Counted from the stretch's first letter, positions 50,014 to 61,124 are shown. The stretch: DNA of 64,000 nucleotides from Candidatus Omnitrophota bacterium (GCA_028693815.1 JAQUUP010000002.1:74807-138806), one strand, 5' to 3'. Program-made: numbers and translations. The notes: generated from the letters alone by a model not told the origin.

Positions 50014-50891
50014 AGCAAATTTTAATCATTAGTGGAAAAGGCGGAACAGGAAAGACAGTCGTGACTGCTGCTTTTGCCTCGTTAGCTGAGAATAAAATTC
50101 TGGTTGATTGTGATGTTGATGCTGCTAATTTGCATTTGATATTAAATCCTGAAAGTCAGGAAGTTCATGAGTTTAGAAGCGGAAAGACTGCTTTTATTAG
50201 CAAGGATCAATGCTGTTCGTGTGGGTTATGTCAAAGTTTATGCCGTTTTGAGGCGATCAAAAAAGATACTTTGAGTGATAAATTTCTTATTGATTCTGTT
50301 TCCTGTGAAGGATGTGGTTTTTGTGCGTTGGCTTGTCCATCTGGTGCTATTGAAATGAAAGAAAATTTGTCGGGTCAATGGTTTGTTTCCAATACTCGTT
50401 TTGGTTTATTTGTTCATGCCAAGCTTGGAATCGCTGAAGAAAATTCTGGAAAGCTTGTTGCAACGGTTAAGCAAAAAGCAAAAGAATTGGCCAAGAAGAA
50501 TAATGTGGATTGGATTATTGTTGATGGTTCTCCCGGAATAGGTTGCCCGGTGATCGCTTCTTTGTCTGATGTTGATTGCGCAATTATTGTTTCTGAGCCT
50601 ACGGTTTCAGGGATTCATGATGCTAAAAGGGTTATGGAGGTTGCAGATCATTTTAAGGTTCCAGTAAAAATGATTATTAATAAGTTTGATTTAAATGAAG
50701 ACATGACAAAGAAGATTGAAATGTTTTCTTTAGAATCAAATATTGAGGTTATTGGAAAAATTCCTTTTGACAAAAGAATTGTTGAATCTGTTTCGCAGGG
50801 AAAAACAGTGATTGAGAATGGTAATCAAGATTTAATAAAGTGCTTTTCTGAAATTTGGGAGAGAGTAAAAAAGGGATTTTTTGCTTTATAA
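50010..50891 (+). CDS. Second MinD/ParA-type ATPase with an inserted 4Fe-4S ferredoxin domain (paralogue of 49174..50013).
   Basis: SGKGGTGKTV; CCSCGLCQSLC and CEGCGFCALAC. 4-nt overlap with the upstream gene. Confidence 0.8.
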   Translation: MKQILIISGKGGTGKTVVTAAFASLAENKILVDCDVDAANLHLILNPESQEVHEFRSGKTAFISKDQCCSCGLCQSLCRFEAIKKDTLSDKFLIDSVSCEGCGFCALACPSGAIEMKENLSGQWFVSNTRFGLFVHAKLGIAEENSGKLVATVKQKAKELAKKNNVDWIIVDGSPGIGCPVIASLSDVDCAIIVSEPTVSGIHDAKRVMEVADHFKVPVKMIINKFDLNEDMTKKIEMFSLESNIEVIGKIPFDKRIVESVSQGKTVIENGNQDLIKCFSEIWERVKKGFFAL

Positions 50892-50902
50892 GAGGTGGTG
50901 TT

Positions 50903-51091
50903 ATGAAGAAAGAAAAGAAAGCAAATAGTTTAAAGATCAAACAAGCTTATGGTGTTGGCCCGTCGGATGATTGTGATTGTAAAATATGTGTTTTTACAAA
51001 ATCACATGCTCCGGGAGATAGCTATGATGTAAAAAAATGCCCAAAGTATAATATTGAGAAAAACAAGAATGATACTCAGTCAAACAATTAA
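50903..51091 (+). CDS. Small Cys-rich protein (62 aa; CDCKIC...C).
   Basis: ORF with SD GAGGTGG upstream. No recognisable family. Confidence 0.35.
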   Translation: MKKEKKANSLKIKQAYGVGPSDDCDCKICVFTKSHAPGDSYDVKKCPKYNIEKNKNDTQSNN

Positions 51092-51821
51092 AAAGATTTA
51101 CAAGAATCTTTATGATCTTAAATTTCTAGATCAAAATATAAAGATTTGCGCAAAGGTTTTGTCGCCGCAAGAAGCGATTGGAAATCCTGAAAAATACGAT
51201 TTTCCATTGTTTAAAGGAAAAGAAAGAATTGTTGAGGCAAATTTTCGTGGATGCTTGGGCCATGCTTTTACAGACATGCACGGCGGTTTTGAAGGAAGCT
51301 TAAAAGAAATTCTTGAAATGCCTTCTAATAATAATTATCGTAGGGCTTTGCAAGTGGCAACCATTAATGCGTTGTGCCGATTTTTAGGGGAGACCCATAA
51401 TACGGTTCATTGTCGTGACGAAGAGCCTCAGCAATGCGCCGAGGAATCGGTGTTATTAATTAAGAAAGAATATCCGCGGGTAAGAAAGATTTGTTTTGTT
51501 GGTTTTCAGCCCGCTTTTGTGGATGCATTTTCCAAGCAATATGATCTTAAAGTTTTAGATTTAGATCAAGACAATATAGGAAAAGTTTTTTTTGGTCAGA
51601 AAATATTAGACGGAAACAAGGATTTGATTTCATCGTTGGATTGGGCAGACCTTGTTTTGGCAACAGGTTCAACAGTTGTTAACGCAACGATTGATTCTAT
51701 TTTAGAGGCTAAAGATAAGAAAAAGGTTATTTTTTATGGTGTGACCATCGCTGGCGTTGCGGCAATGATGCAGCTAAACCGTTTGTGTTTCGCCAAGGAG
51801 AATAAATGTTGTTGTTTTTAA
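51069..51821 (+). CDS. DUF364-like Rossmann-fold protein (putative metal-chelation/cofactor family).
   Basis: Recalled pattern of PF04016 proteins, including the C-terminal ADLVLATGSTVVNATIDSIL. ATG 51069 preferred over the TTG at 51054. Confidence 0.4.
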   Translation: MILSQTIKKIYKNLYDLKFLDQNIKICAKVLSPQEAIGNPEKYDFPLFKGKERIVEANFRGCLGHAFTDMHGGFEGSLKEILEMPSNNNYRRALQVATINALCRFLGETHNTVHCRDEEPQQCAEESVLLIKKEYPRVRKICFVGFQPAFVDAFSKQYDLKVLDLDQDNIGKVFFGQKILDGNKDLISSLDWADLVLATGSTVVNATIDSILEAKDKKKVIFYGVTIAGVAAMMQLNRLCFAKENKCCCF

Positions 51822-52591
51822 GTGTTTTTTTAATTGCTCTTATTTTCTCGATGTTTGGTTTAGGGGGCGGGCTTTTTTATATGCCGGTGTTTATGTTTTT
51901 CTTAGGAGATCCTGTTCAAGCGGCATTCTTAAGCTTTTTGTGTATTTTTGTCACTGCGGGATCTTCAGCTATACAGTATTTGAAATTTAAAAAGATTGAT
52001 TGGAAGCTCGTTGTTTTCTTGGGATTCCCACTTATTGCTATGGTTTTTGTATCCGGTTTTATGATCGGACTTGTAAACCCGGGACAAACTAAATTTATTT
52101 TAGGCTTAACGCTTATTTTAGCTGGACTTTCGTTGTGCTTTCCTGTTGGGACGTTAAATACGCTTAGCGCTTTTTCGAGGTATTTTCATAAGAAAATTCC
52201 TTTAGAGAAATCGAATTTTGATCCGCTTACAATATCTCCTTTGGCGGCTTTCGTTGGATTTTTTTGCGGTCTTTCCGGGGTAGCCGGGGGTGTTTTTGAA
52301 GTGCCGATGATGATTGGGCTTTTACGGGTTTCGCCTCATATGGCGGTAGGAACATCCTCTATGATTGTTTTTTTGTCAGGTCTGCTGGGGTTTGTTAGCC
52401 GTATATCGGCTGTCACGGCAGAACATTTGCTTGATTTTTCAACTGTCATCGGTGTTTTAGCGTGTGTTTTTATTGGCGCACAAATCGGGCCTGCTGTTTC
52501 TGTAGGAATCGATAAAAAAATATTTAAAAGAATATGCGGTGTTTTTATTCTTCTTATAGGATTGTGCTATATATTTAAGATTATTTTTTAA
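51806..52591 (+). CDS. TauE/SafE (TSUP) family membrane exporter.
   Basis: Two 4-TM repeats with the GLGGGLFYMPV and GVAGGVFEVPM motifs. Confidence 0.7.
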   Translation: MLLFLSVFLIALIFSMFGLGGGLFYMPVFMFFLGDPVQAAFLSFLCIFVTAGSSAIQYLKFKKIDWKLVVFLGFPLIAMVFVSGFMIGLVNPGQTKFILGLTLILAGLSLCFPVGTLNTLSAFSRYFHKKIPLEKSNFDPLTISPLAAFVGFFCGLSGVAGGVFEVPMMIGLLRVSPHMAVGTSSMIVFLSGLLGFVSRISAVTAEHLLDFSTVIGVLACVFIGAQIGPAVSVGIDKKIFKRICGVFILLIGLCYIFKIIF

Positions 52592-52600
52592 GGAGCTTAG

Positions 52601-53488
52601 ATGCTGACATACAAAGAATGCGTTCCGTGTTTTATTCGGCAAATCGATGAAGCCGCTTATCTTGTGACAAAAGACAAGGCAATACAAGAACAAATTATTA
52701 AAGAGGCCAGAGGTTTGATTGAGAGCATTGATTTTTCTATGCCGCCACCTCAAATGGCTCAAAATATTTATCGAATGATCGAAAGGAAAATGGGCCGTCA
52801 AGATCCTTATTATCAAATTAAAAAGAAAAGCAATGCCATGGCGTTATCTCTTTACTCAAGGCTAAAAGAAAAGGTCAAAAAATCTTCTGATCGGCTTTTA
52901 ACAGCTTTAGAGATTGCCATATCTGGAAATATTATTGATTATGGGGCAAAAAATTCTTTAGACATTGAAAAAGAAATTGATAATCTTTTTACAAAAGATT
53001 TTTCTGATGAGGATAAAATAGTTTTTCAGTATGAGAAATTTAAAAGTGATCTAGCGGAAACAGATGAAATTCTTTATTTGGCTGATAATGCGGGAGAGGT
53101 GGTTTTTGATAGGATTTTAATTGAAGAGCTATCGAAGACAAAGAAAATAACATATGTTGTTCGAGAAAAGCCGATTATTAATGATGCTTTGATAGAGGAC
53201 GCACTGGAATGCGGCATTGATAAAATTGCTAAAGTGATTTCAAGTGGATCAGATGCGCCTGGAACAATTTTAGGTGAGTGTGATCCTCAATTTGTTGATA
53301 TGTTCAATAAATCTAATTTAATTATAAGTAAAGGTCAGGGAAACTATGAAACGCTTAGTGCATTAGAGAGTCACTTGATTTATTTTCTTTTTAAAGCTAA
53401 GTGCCCTGTTGTGGCAAGAAATGCTGGTGTTTCTGTTGGGAATATTGTTTTAATGAGTTCTTTTTGTCAGATGAGGGCGAAGGCTTAA
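52601..53488 (+). CDS. DUF89 (ARMT1-like) metal-dependent damage-control phosphatase family.
   Basis: N-terminal CVPCF (CxPC) motif and LADNAGEVVFD. Confidence 0.55.
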   Translation: MLTYKECVPCFIRQIDEAAYLVTKDKAIQEQIIKEARGLIESIDFSMPPPQMAQNIYRMIERKMGRQDPYYQIKKKSNAMALSLYSRLKEKVKKSSDRLLTALEIAISGNIIDYGAKNSLDIEKEIDNLFTKDFSDEDKIVFQYEKFKSDLAETDEILYLADNAGEVVFDRILIEELSKTKKITYVVREKPIINDALIEDALECGIDKIAKVISSGSDAPGTILGECDPQFVDMFNKSNLIISKGQGNYETLSALESHLIYFLFKAKCPVVARNAGVSVGNIVLMSSFCQMRAKA

Positions 53489-53489
53489 C

Positions 53490-53681
53490 ATGAATAAAAT
53501 CGTAATTATTGATGAAGAAAATTGTATTGGTTGCTCTGCTTGCGTTGATTTGTGCCTGGAGAAAATACTTTATTTAGATAAAGATTCGGGCAAATGCAAA
53601 GTCATTGATGAAAACAAATGCGACAAACTTGCTGGTTGTCAGAATGTGTGTCCAACAAAAGCGATTAAGATATGCAAATAA
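53490..53681 (+). CDS. 2x[4Fe-4S] ferredoxin.
   Basis: CIGCSACVDLC ... CDKLAGCQNVCP. Confidence 0.75.
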   Translation: MNKIVIIDEENCIGCSACVDLCLEKILYLDKDSGKCKVIDENKCDKLAGCQNVCPTKAIKICK

Positions 53682-54385
53682 GAATTCTTTTTGATAATCA
53701 AAGTATTAATTCTAGTTTTCAGTCGGGCTTGGGATTTTCTTGTCTTTTAGGGGATGATGTATTGTTTGATACGGGTGCAGATGGTTTGAGTCTAGAAAGA
53801 AATATTCAGGCCTTTGGTGTTGATGTTTCTTTGATCAAACATATTGTTATTTCGCATGACCATTGGGATCATATTGGAGGGCTTTGGTGGGTTTTGGAAA
53901 AAATAGAAAACGCCACTGTTTATATCTGCCCTGGTTTTTCACATGAATTCATTAACAAACTTGAGTCTACCAACGCTAATATTGTTGAGTGTGTGAGTCC
54001 TTTGCCAATTACAGATCGCATTTGGACGACCGGGCAGATAGAGGGGCGATACAAAGATCAGGCTATTTTTGAGCAGTCTATTGTTTTAAGGGGAAATCAA
54101 AATATTAGCGTTGTTACCGGATGTGCCCATCCAGGCATTGTTGAAATCTTAAGGGAGATAAAAAGTTCATTTCCAAAAGATTCGATCGATTTTGTTTTGG
54201 GTGGTTTTCACCTTTTGCACCATTTCAAAAATGATATTAATGTCATTATAAAAGAATTTCAAGCCCTCGACGTTAAGCGTGCTGGTCCAGCTCATTGCAC
54301 GGGAGGATCCGCGCAGAATCTTTTTAAAGAATCCTATCAGGAAAACTGCCTCGATCTTAGAGCGGGTAGCAGAATAGCCGTCTAA
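53672..54385 (+). CDS. MBL-fold metallo-hydrolase.
   Basis: HDHWDHIGG (HxHxDH) motif. Confidence 0.7.
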   Translation: MQIRILFDNQSINSSFQSGLGFSCLLGDDVLFDTGADGLSLERNIQAFGVDVSLIKHIVISHDHWDHIGGLWWVLEKIENATVYICPGFSHEFINKLESTNANIVECVSPLPITDRIWTTGQIEGRYKDQAIFEQSIVLRGNQNISVVTGCAHPGIVEILREIKSSFPKDSIDFVLGGFHLLHHFKNDINVIIKEFQALDVKRAGPAHCTGGSAQNLFKESYQENCLDLRAGSRIAV

Positions 54386-54404
54386 CCATTCAAAAATCGT
54401 TTTA

Positions 54405-54468
54405 TTGACAAAAAAATTTTTTTTGTTAGAATACTCAAGATACTAATTGAGTATTCTTGAGTATTATT
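54405..54468 (+). promoter_or_regulatory. Sigma70 promoter TTGACA-16-TAGAAT overlapping a 10-bp inverted repeat AGAATACTCA-N9-TGAGTATTCT, with a third half-site TGAGTATTAT. Likely the TetR autoregulatory operator.
   Basis: Perfect palindrome arms at 54429..54438 and 54448..54457. Confidence 0.7.
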
Positions 54469-54488
54469 AAGAAAGGAGTGTTTTTCTC

Positions 54489-55064
54489 ATGAATAAGAAT
54501 ACAATAAAGCAAAAAGTTTTAGATGCTGCCAAAGCGCGCATGATTCGATTTGGATATCGAAAAACATCTATGGATGAAATCGCATCAGATTTAAAAATGA
54601 GCAAGAACACAATCTATAAGTTTTTTCAAAGCAAGGCTGAAATTGCCCAAAATCTTTTTGTCCGGCTAAAAGAAAGTATTAACCTCGAGCAAACCGCGAT
54701 CGAGCAAAAAGAAAAAGACCCTCTAAGGATTATTGCGGCCAATACGTTATTTTTGCAGGAATCTTTGTCTCCTTGGTTTGATCATTTCTTGCTGGATATC
54801 AAAAGCGAGCTGCCAACGCTTTGGTCAGATTTTGTTACGTTTCGAACAGAGAAGATTATGGATGTTGAAAAGCTGATTAAAAAGGGGATTAAAAAGAAAG
54901 AATTTCGAAGTGTTAACACTGCCATCGCGGTGCGTGCTTATTTGGGAGCCATTAACAGTATTATTAATCCTGAGTTTTTATCCAGCGATAAGATTTCCTT
55001 TAAAGAAGCCTTGGAAAGCGTTTTGGATATTTGGTCTAAAGGGATTCTCGCTGTTAAAAAATAA
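54489..55064 (+). CDS. TetR/AcrR-family transcriptional regulator.
   Basis: N-terminal HTH RFGYRKTSMDEIASDLKMSKNTIYKFFQSK. Confidence 0.85.
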   Translation: MNKNTIKQKVLDAAKARMIRFGYRKTSMDEIASDLKMSKNTIYKFFQSKAEIAQNLFVRLKESINLEQTAIEQKEKDPLRIIAANTLFLQESLSPWFDHFLLDIKSELPTLWSDFVTFRTEKIMDVEKLIKKGIKKKEFRSVNTAIAVRAYLGAINSIINPEFLSSDKISFKEALESVLDIWSKGILAVKK

Positions 55065-55094
55065 ATAATTAAAAAAATAAATGAGGAGGTTTTT

Positions 55095-56561
55095 ATGAAG
55101 GCGTTATTTTTAACACCCAATTTAGGATCATGGGCCACCCATGGGCATCATGTGGCCCCTAATCAAATGCACGCGCATTGGGCGGCTTATGCCAGAGAAA
55201 AAGGAACCATTGTCCCTGAAGTTTTGGACTGCAAAGCCCTTGAGATTTCTTTTGATCAGATGCTTGATACCGTTAAACAAAAGAATCCGCAGGTTGTTGT
55301 TTTAGGGGACATTCTTCATTCTTATGGAGGGTTTGCGGTTCAGAAATATTTTAATGATTCGGCTAAAGCGATTAAAGCGATGCTCCCGAATGTCGTGATT
55401 GTTGTTGGCGGACTTTGGTATTCTTATCTTAGCAAAGAAACGCTAATCAAGAATCCGGCTATTGATTTTGTTGTGATGGGCGAAGGGGAGATTACTTTTA
55501 ATGAACTAATGGATGCGTTAAATCAAAAAAAGACATCATTTGATAGCATTTCAGGACTTGCAAGCCGTAAAGGTGATGAAGTTGTTTTCGGTCCGATTCG
55601 AGAATTAATTAAAGACTTGGATGTTTTGCCGCTTCCGGCCTATGATTTGTTTCCTATGGATAAATATATAGGACACACCTATTGGAAGCCTTTTGTTGAA
55701 ATTGTTACCTCGCGTGGATGCACTCATGGATGCACGTTTTGCTATGAATGGAGTGAGCATGATCCTAGAGCGCTTAAACATTTTAATCGATGGCGTGCAA
55801 AATCTGCAAAGCGTGTTATTGAAGAGGTAGAATTACTTGAGAAAAAGTTTGGCGCTAAGGTCATGGTGATTCAGGAAGATAATTTTAATCTTAATCCTAC
55901 GCGTGTGCGTGAATTCTGCGAAGAAAAGATTAAAAGAAATTTAGACATGAAATGGGTCTCCTTAGGTTGTGCCAGTGATTGGGTGCGTTTGGAAAAAGAT
56001 ATTCCTTTAATGAAAAAAGCAGGAATGTTTATGGCGGTATTTGGCATTGAGGTTGCCAGTGATGATGAGTTGCGTAAGCTCGATAAAGGGATTTCTGTTT
56101 ATCAGATTTACAAAACAATCGAGATTTTACGAAAAAACGATATTGCTATCGTTGGCGATATTATGATCGGGTTTGATTATGATACGGAAGCCATTATCAA
56201 AAAACGCTTTGAGTTTGCTGATCAGGTTGATCCTGACGTGATGTGGGTCGGATATTTAACGCCTCCTCCTGGGTCTCCTATTTGGGCAGACGGCATTAAA
56301 AGAGGATGGATTGATCCTGATAATCTTGATATGCTTCAATGGGATTTTCTTCATCCTGTTATTCCAACAGATCATCTAAGCATTGAAGATTTAGGACGAT
56401 TGGGCGCATGGGGTATGAGAGAGTTTTATTCGAAGCCTGGACGCATTCAAAGAATCTTAATGAGTGATTTTGATGAACTAGCCAAATTGTGCTTTAAAGA
56501 TGTTATGGCAGGAATCTCTAAGTGGGAAAATGCCGCGACCAAGGGAGAAAAACATGTTTAA
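55095..56561 (+). CDS. B12-binding-domain radical SAM enzyme.
   Basis: N-terminal B12-binding Rossmann fold; CTHGCTFCYEW (CxxxCxxC). Confidence 0.85.
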   Translation: MKALFLTPNLGSWATHGHHVAPNQMHAHWAAYAREKGTIVPEVLDCKALEISFDQMLDTVKQKNPQVVVLGDILHSYGGFAVQKYFNDSAKAIKAMLPNVVIVVGGLWYSYLSKETLIKNPAIDFVVMGEGEITFNELMDALNQKKTSFDSISGLASRKGDEVVFGPIRELIKDLDVLPLPAYDLFPMDKYIGHTYWKPFVEIVTSRGCTHGCTFCYEWSEHDPRALKHFNRWRAKSAKRVIEEVELLEKKFGAKVMVIQEDNFNLNPTRVREFCEEKIKRNLDMKWVSLGCASDWVRLEKDIPLMKKAGMFMAVFGIEVASDDELRKLDKGISVYQIYKTIEILRKNDIAIVGDIMIGFDYDTEAIIKKRFEFADQVDPDVMWVGYLTPPPGSPIWADGIKRGWIDPDNLDMLQWDFLHPVIPTDHLSIEDLGRLGAWGMREFYSKPGRIQRILMSDFDELAKLCFKDVMAGISKWENAATKGEKHV

Positions 56562-56566
56562 TTTTC

Positions 56567-57547
56567 TTAGTTTTGATCTTGGGAGTTGTCTGGTTTTGTG
56601 TTTTTCATTAAATCTGAAAAATCAATGGTGATGATTTTTCCTGCGGAGGCAGGTTTTTCTTTTGGAAGCGTGCTTTGAATTGCATTGATTTGTTTTTTTG
56701 AGAATGTGATTTCGCTATTTGCGCGCAAATCAGTAAGCACTACAGAAGAGAAGTCTTCAAAACCGTAGGCATGAATGGTTTTGACAACAGCGTCTAGAAT
56801 CTCGTCAGCAACATTTTTGTCTGGCGGAAAATCGCTATTTTGAAATTTAAAATTAATGCGCGTTGTTACTTGCTTAGCAATAAAATCTTTGATGTCAATA
56901 TCTTTGTATTCGATGTGCGTGCCTTTAGCGTCACCTTTAATTGCTTCATCGCCAGATGGTTCAGTTTGGATGCGAAGGGTGTATTCGTCTGGAGGAAGTG
57001 CTCCTGCCTGATATTTCTTAAGGTCTTCAGTATAAAATGTTGTCGTAGTTTTAAGCCCATCTTTAATATTGGCAACAACAAGAACAATAAATTTTGGCGG
57101 ATTTTCAGCCTTAAAGAATACGCGCGAAATAGCTGTGGTGACATTTCGATATTTAGTATTAAATTCTTTAGAATATTGTGTAGACATGCCATTGCCGGAA
57201 GAAAGTTTTGTGGCTTCAACGATGTCGTATTCGATTTTCAAATCGTTATTGTCAAAAATACTATCAATGTATTGAAGAGTGTATTTTTTCTTTACAGGCT
57301 TTGTTGATTTTTTGCCACCTGCAATAGAATAAAGAGGATTCTCGTCTGGAACATAAATCCAGAATGTATCGCCTGTCCAGGTTATAACAGAAGAAAGATC
57401 ATAATCGTTTTCTAAAATTTGCTCGATTTTTTCTTTAGCCTCGATTCGGGAGAGAGGCTGTTCTTCCTTTTTGGAAGAACAGCCCATCAAGCCTGCTAAC
57501 CAGAAAACAATTAATATCCAACAAAATTTCTTTGAGTATTTTGTCAT
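56567..57547 (-). CDS. Lipoprotein, hypothetical.
   Basis: Signal peptide with lipobox LMGC. Confidence 0.6.
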   Translation of the reverse strand: MTKYSKKFCWILIVFWLAGLMGCSSKKEEQPLSRIEAKEKIEQILENDYDLSSVITWTGDTFWIYVPDENPLYSIAGGKKSTKPVKKKYTLQYIDSIFDNNDLKIEYDIVEATKLSSGNGMSTQYSKEFNTKYRNVTTAISRVFFKAENPPKFIVLVVANIKDGLKTTTTFYTEDLKKYQAGALPPDEYTLRIQTEPSGDEAIKGDAKGTHIEYKDIDIKDFIAKQVTTRINFKFQNSDFPPDKNVADEILDAVVKTIHAYGFEDFSSVVLTDLRANSEITFSKKQINAIQSTLPKEKPASAGKIITIDFSDLMKNTKPDNSQDQN

Positions 57548-57550
57548 ATT

Positions 57551-59236
57551 TTATTTTTGTGCCTGACTTCGCGATAACGGTGTTATGCCAAATTTCTTAA
57601 AGATATCTTCGATTTCGTCGTATTCAAGTTCTTCTTTTTTCAGAAGTTCTTGAGCAAATGTTTCAAGAAGATCAATTTTATCTTTAAGAAGATCGGTTAC
57701 TTCATTTAAGCAGCTGTGCAGTATTTCTTGAGTGTCATTGTCCAAAACTTCTTTAGTTTTTTCACTAATTAGAGATTGGCTATAAGGGGTAACCAGAGAG
57801 TGAAAGTCTCCAATAAGACCGGTTTTGCCCATGCCAAGCTGCCAAACCATATAATGAGCATAGCGCATGGCAGTATCAAAATCGCTTCCTTGTCCTCCGC
57901 CAACACCACTTGAGGTTGTGCCAAATTTTAGTTTTTCAGCAACATAGCTTGCGATGCTTACTTTTATATTAGCCATTAGATGATCTTTGTTGCTACTGTG
58001 TAGTTCTTCTGATGGTCTATGAGAAACAAAGCCAAGAGCTCCTTTGTGAGGGATAATGGTTGCTTTGATAACATCGTCGGTTGGATGAAGCATGTAGGCA
58101 ATGACCGCGTGTCCGGCTTCATGATATGCGGTCCAAATTTTTTCTTTTTCTGTTAATGTGATATTTGATTTTAGACCAAAAGTGATTCTGTCATATGCTT
58201 CAGACAAATCTTTCATGGAAACTTTACGCAAACCATCCCGGATCGAGATGATGCTAGCTTCACGAATCATATTTTCAATATCGGATGGAGAAAACCATAA
58301 AGCTTTGCGTGCTAAGATTCCAGGATTAACTGTATCATCAGAGTCTACTTTTTTTAGATAGAATTTAAAAAGTTCTTCACGTTCTTTCAGGTTTGGACGC
58401 GTGACGTGGATTTTTCGGTCAAATCGTCCTGCGCGCATAATGGCTGAATCAAGTTCGTTTTCTGCAACGTTTGTCGCGGCAATAACGACAATATTATTTT
58501 CTTGTTGTCGTAAACCATCAAGTTCGGTTAAGAATTGGTTGATGGTCGCATTCATAGACATTGTTCCACCGAATCCTCTATCTGCTTGGCGAGGACGGGC
58601 AAAAGAATCAATCTCGTCAATAAAAATAATACATCCGCCTTCTAATTTAGCAAGAGCACGTGCCTGTTTAAAAAGCGATTTCATACGTGAGACGCCTTGT
58701 CCGACAAAAATTCCAACAAATTCACTTCCAACGGCTGGAATAAAGGGAAGGCCACATTCGGTGGCAATGGCTTTGGCCAGATATGTTTTTCCGCATCCAG
58801 GAGGCCCGAGCATCATGGTTCCTTTGACGATTTTTCCTCCAATAGCCGTGACCATGGAACGGTCCTTAAGAAGCTTTACGATTTCCCATGCTTCCTTTTT
58901 GGCGCCTTCCATTCCAATGACTTCGTCCCATTTGACATTGACTTTAGCTTTTTCAATCTTTGTATCAAAAAGCTTGCTAAAACCGCCTTGCATCATGTAG
59001 TATTGCATCCCCATCATGATGGGCATGGTAATCATGTATACGATGACAAACATTGGAAGCATGATAGCCATTTGGCCAGCGATTTGTCTTTGGCTAAAAG
59101 ATTCAAGCTGATTAAAGCTGCTGGCCGCATAATAGATAAAAAATCCTGCAGCGATTACCGCGGTGGCCGTGAGAGCCATAACCAGAATTTTGACCCAATT
59201 AATTTTCATAAAAATAATAAATCTTTTCATCTTCAT
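57551..59236 (-). CDS. ftsH: ATP-dependent zinc metalloprotease FtsH-like (AAA+ plus M41).
   Basis: 2 TM; Walker A GPPGCGKTYLAKAIA; Walker B IIFIDEIDS; HEAGHAV zinc site. Confidence 0.8.
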   Translation of the reverse strand: MKMKRFIIFMKINWVKILVMALTATAVIAAGFFIYYAASSFNQLESFSQRQIAGQMAIMLPMFVIVYMITMPIMMGMQYYMMQGGFSKLFDTKIEKAKVNVKWDEVIGMEGAKKEAWEIVKLLKDRSMVTAIGGKIVKGTMMLGPPGCGKTYLAKAIATECGLPFIPAVGSEFVGIFVGQGVSRMKSLFKQARALAKLEGGCIIFIDEIDSFARPRQADRGFGGTMSMNATINQFLTELDGLRQQENNIVVIAATNVAENELDSAIMRAGRFDRKIHVTRPNLKEREELFKFYLKKVDSDDTVNPGILARKALWFSPSDIENMIREASIISIRDGLRKVSMKDLSEAYDRITFGLKSNITLTEKEKIWTAYHEAGHAVIAYMLHPTDDVIKATIIPHKGALGFVSHRPSEELHSSNKDHLMANIKVSIASYVAEKLKFGTTSSGVGGGQGSDFDTAMRYAHYMVWQLGMGKTGLIGDFHSLVTPYSQSLISEKTKEVLDNDTQEILHSCLNEVTDLLKDKIDLLETFAQELLKKEELEYDEIEDIFKKFGITPLSRSQAQK

Positions 59237-59455
59237 AAGAATAATTCCCCACTTAATAAGTGTTTGATTTGTGATAGATCTCTCTATGCACTTGAATAAA
59301 AGGATATCACATCATTTCTCTTAAGTCAATTGAAGAGCCCAACTTACAATATCTTTAAAAGGATCGATTTGATAGCTCTTGACTTCAAAATTGATTTATG
59401 ATAATGTTCTTAGACATTTAATAGAAATCAAAGCTCAATAATACGAGCTAGTTAA

Positions 59456-60760
<1,305 letters not shown>

Positions 60761-60811
60761 AAAAAGGACCAAAGGAATAAAGGACTAGAGTGGCAAAGGT
60801 TTTTATTTTTT

Positions 60812-60851
60812 TAATCTTTAATCCTGTAATCCTCTAACCCTTTAATCCTTT
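60812..60851 (+). repeat. 8-nt tandem repeat TAATCCTN x5, immediately upstream of the ftsB-like start.
   Basis: ttaatctt taatcctg taatcctc taaccctt taatcctt. Confidence 0.7.
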
Positions 60852-60860
60852 TTCAGAATT

Positions 60861-61124
60861 ATGTTCAAAAACGCCATTTTATTATTTATTTTCGCTCTTT
60901 CGATACTTGTTATTTTTTTGCCATCTTACCAAAAGATGCAAGAGCTGAAAAATAGAAATTTGCAGTATCAAGGACAGATTGAAGATTTGGAAGAAAAAAA
61001 GGCTCGTTTGACCGAAGAGCTTAGACGCCTTAATGATGATCCAGAGTATTTAGAAAAAGTGGGTCGAGAAGAAATGGGTCTTATTCGTAAAGGCGAAACA
61101 GTTTATAGAGTTGTGCCAGAATAA
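60861..61124 (+). CDS. ftsB: Septum formation initiator FtsB/DivIC-family protein.
   Basis: N-terminal TM, coiled coil, C-terminal GREEMGLIRKGETVYRV. Conserved position downstream of eno. Confidence 0.6.
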   Translation: MFKNAILLFIFALSILVIFLPSYQKMQELKNRNLQYQGQIEDLEEKKARLTEELRRLNDDPEYLEKVGREEMGLIRKGETVYRVVPE

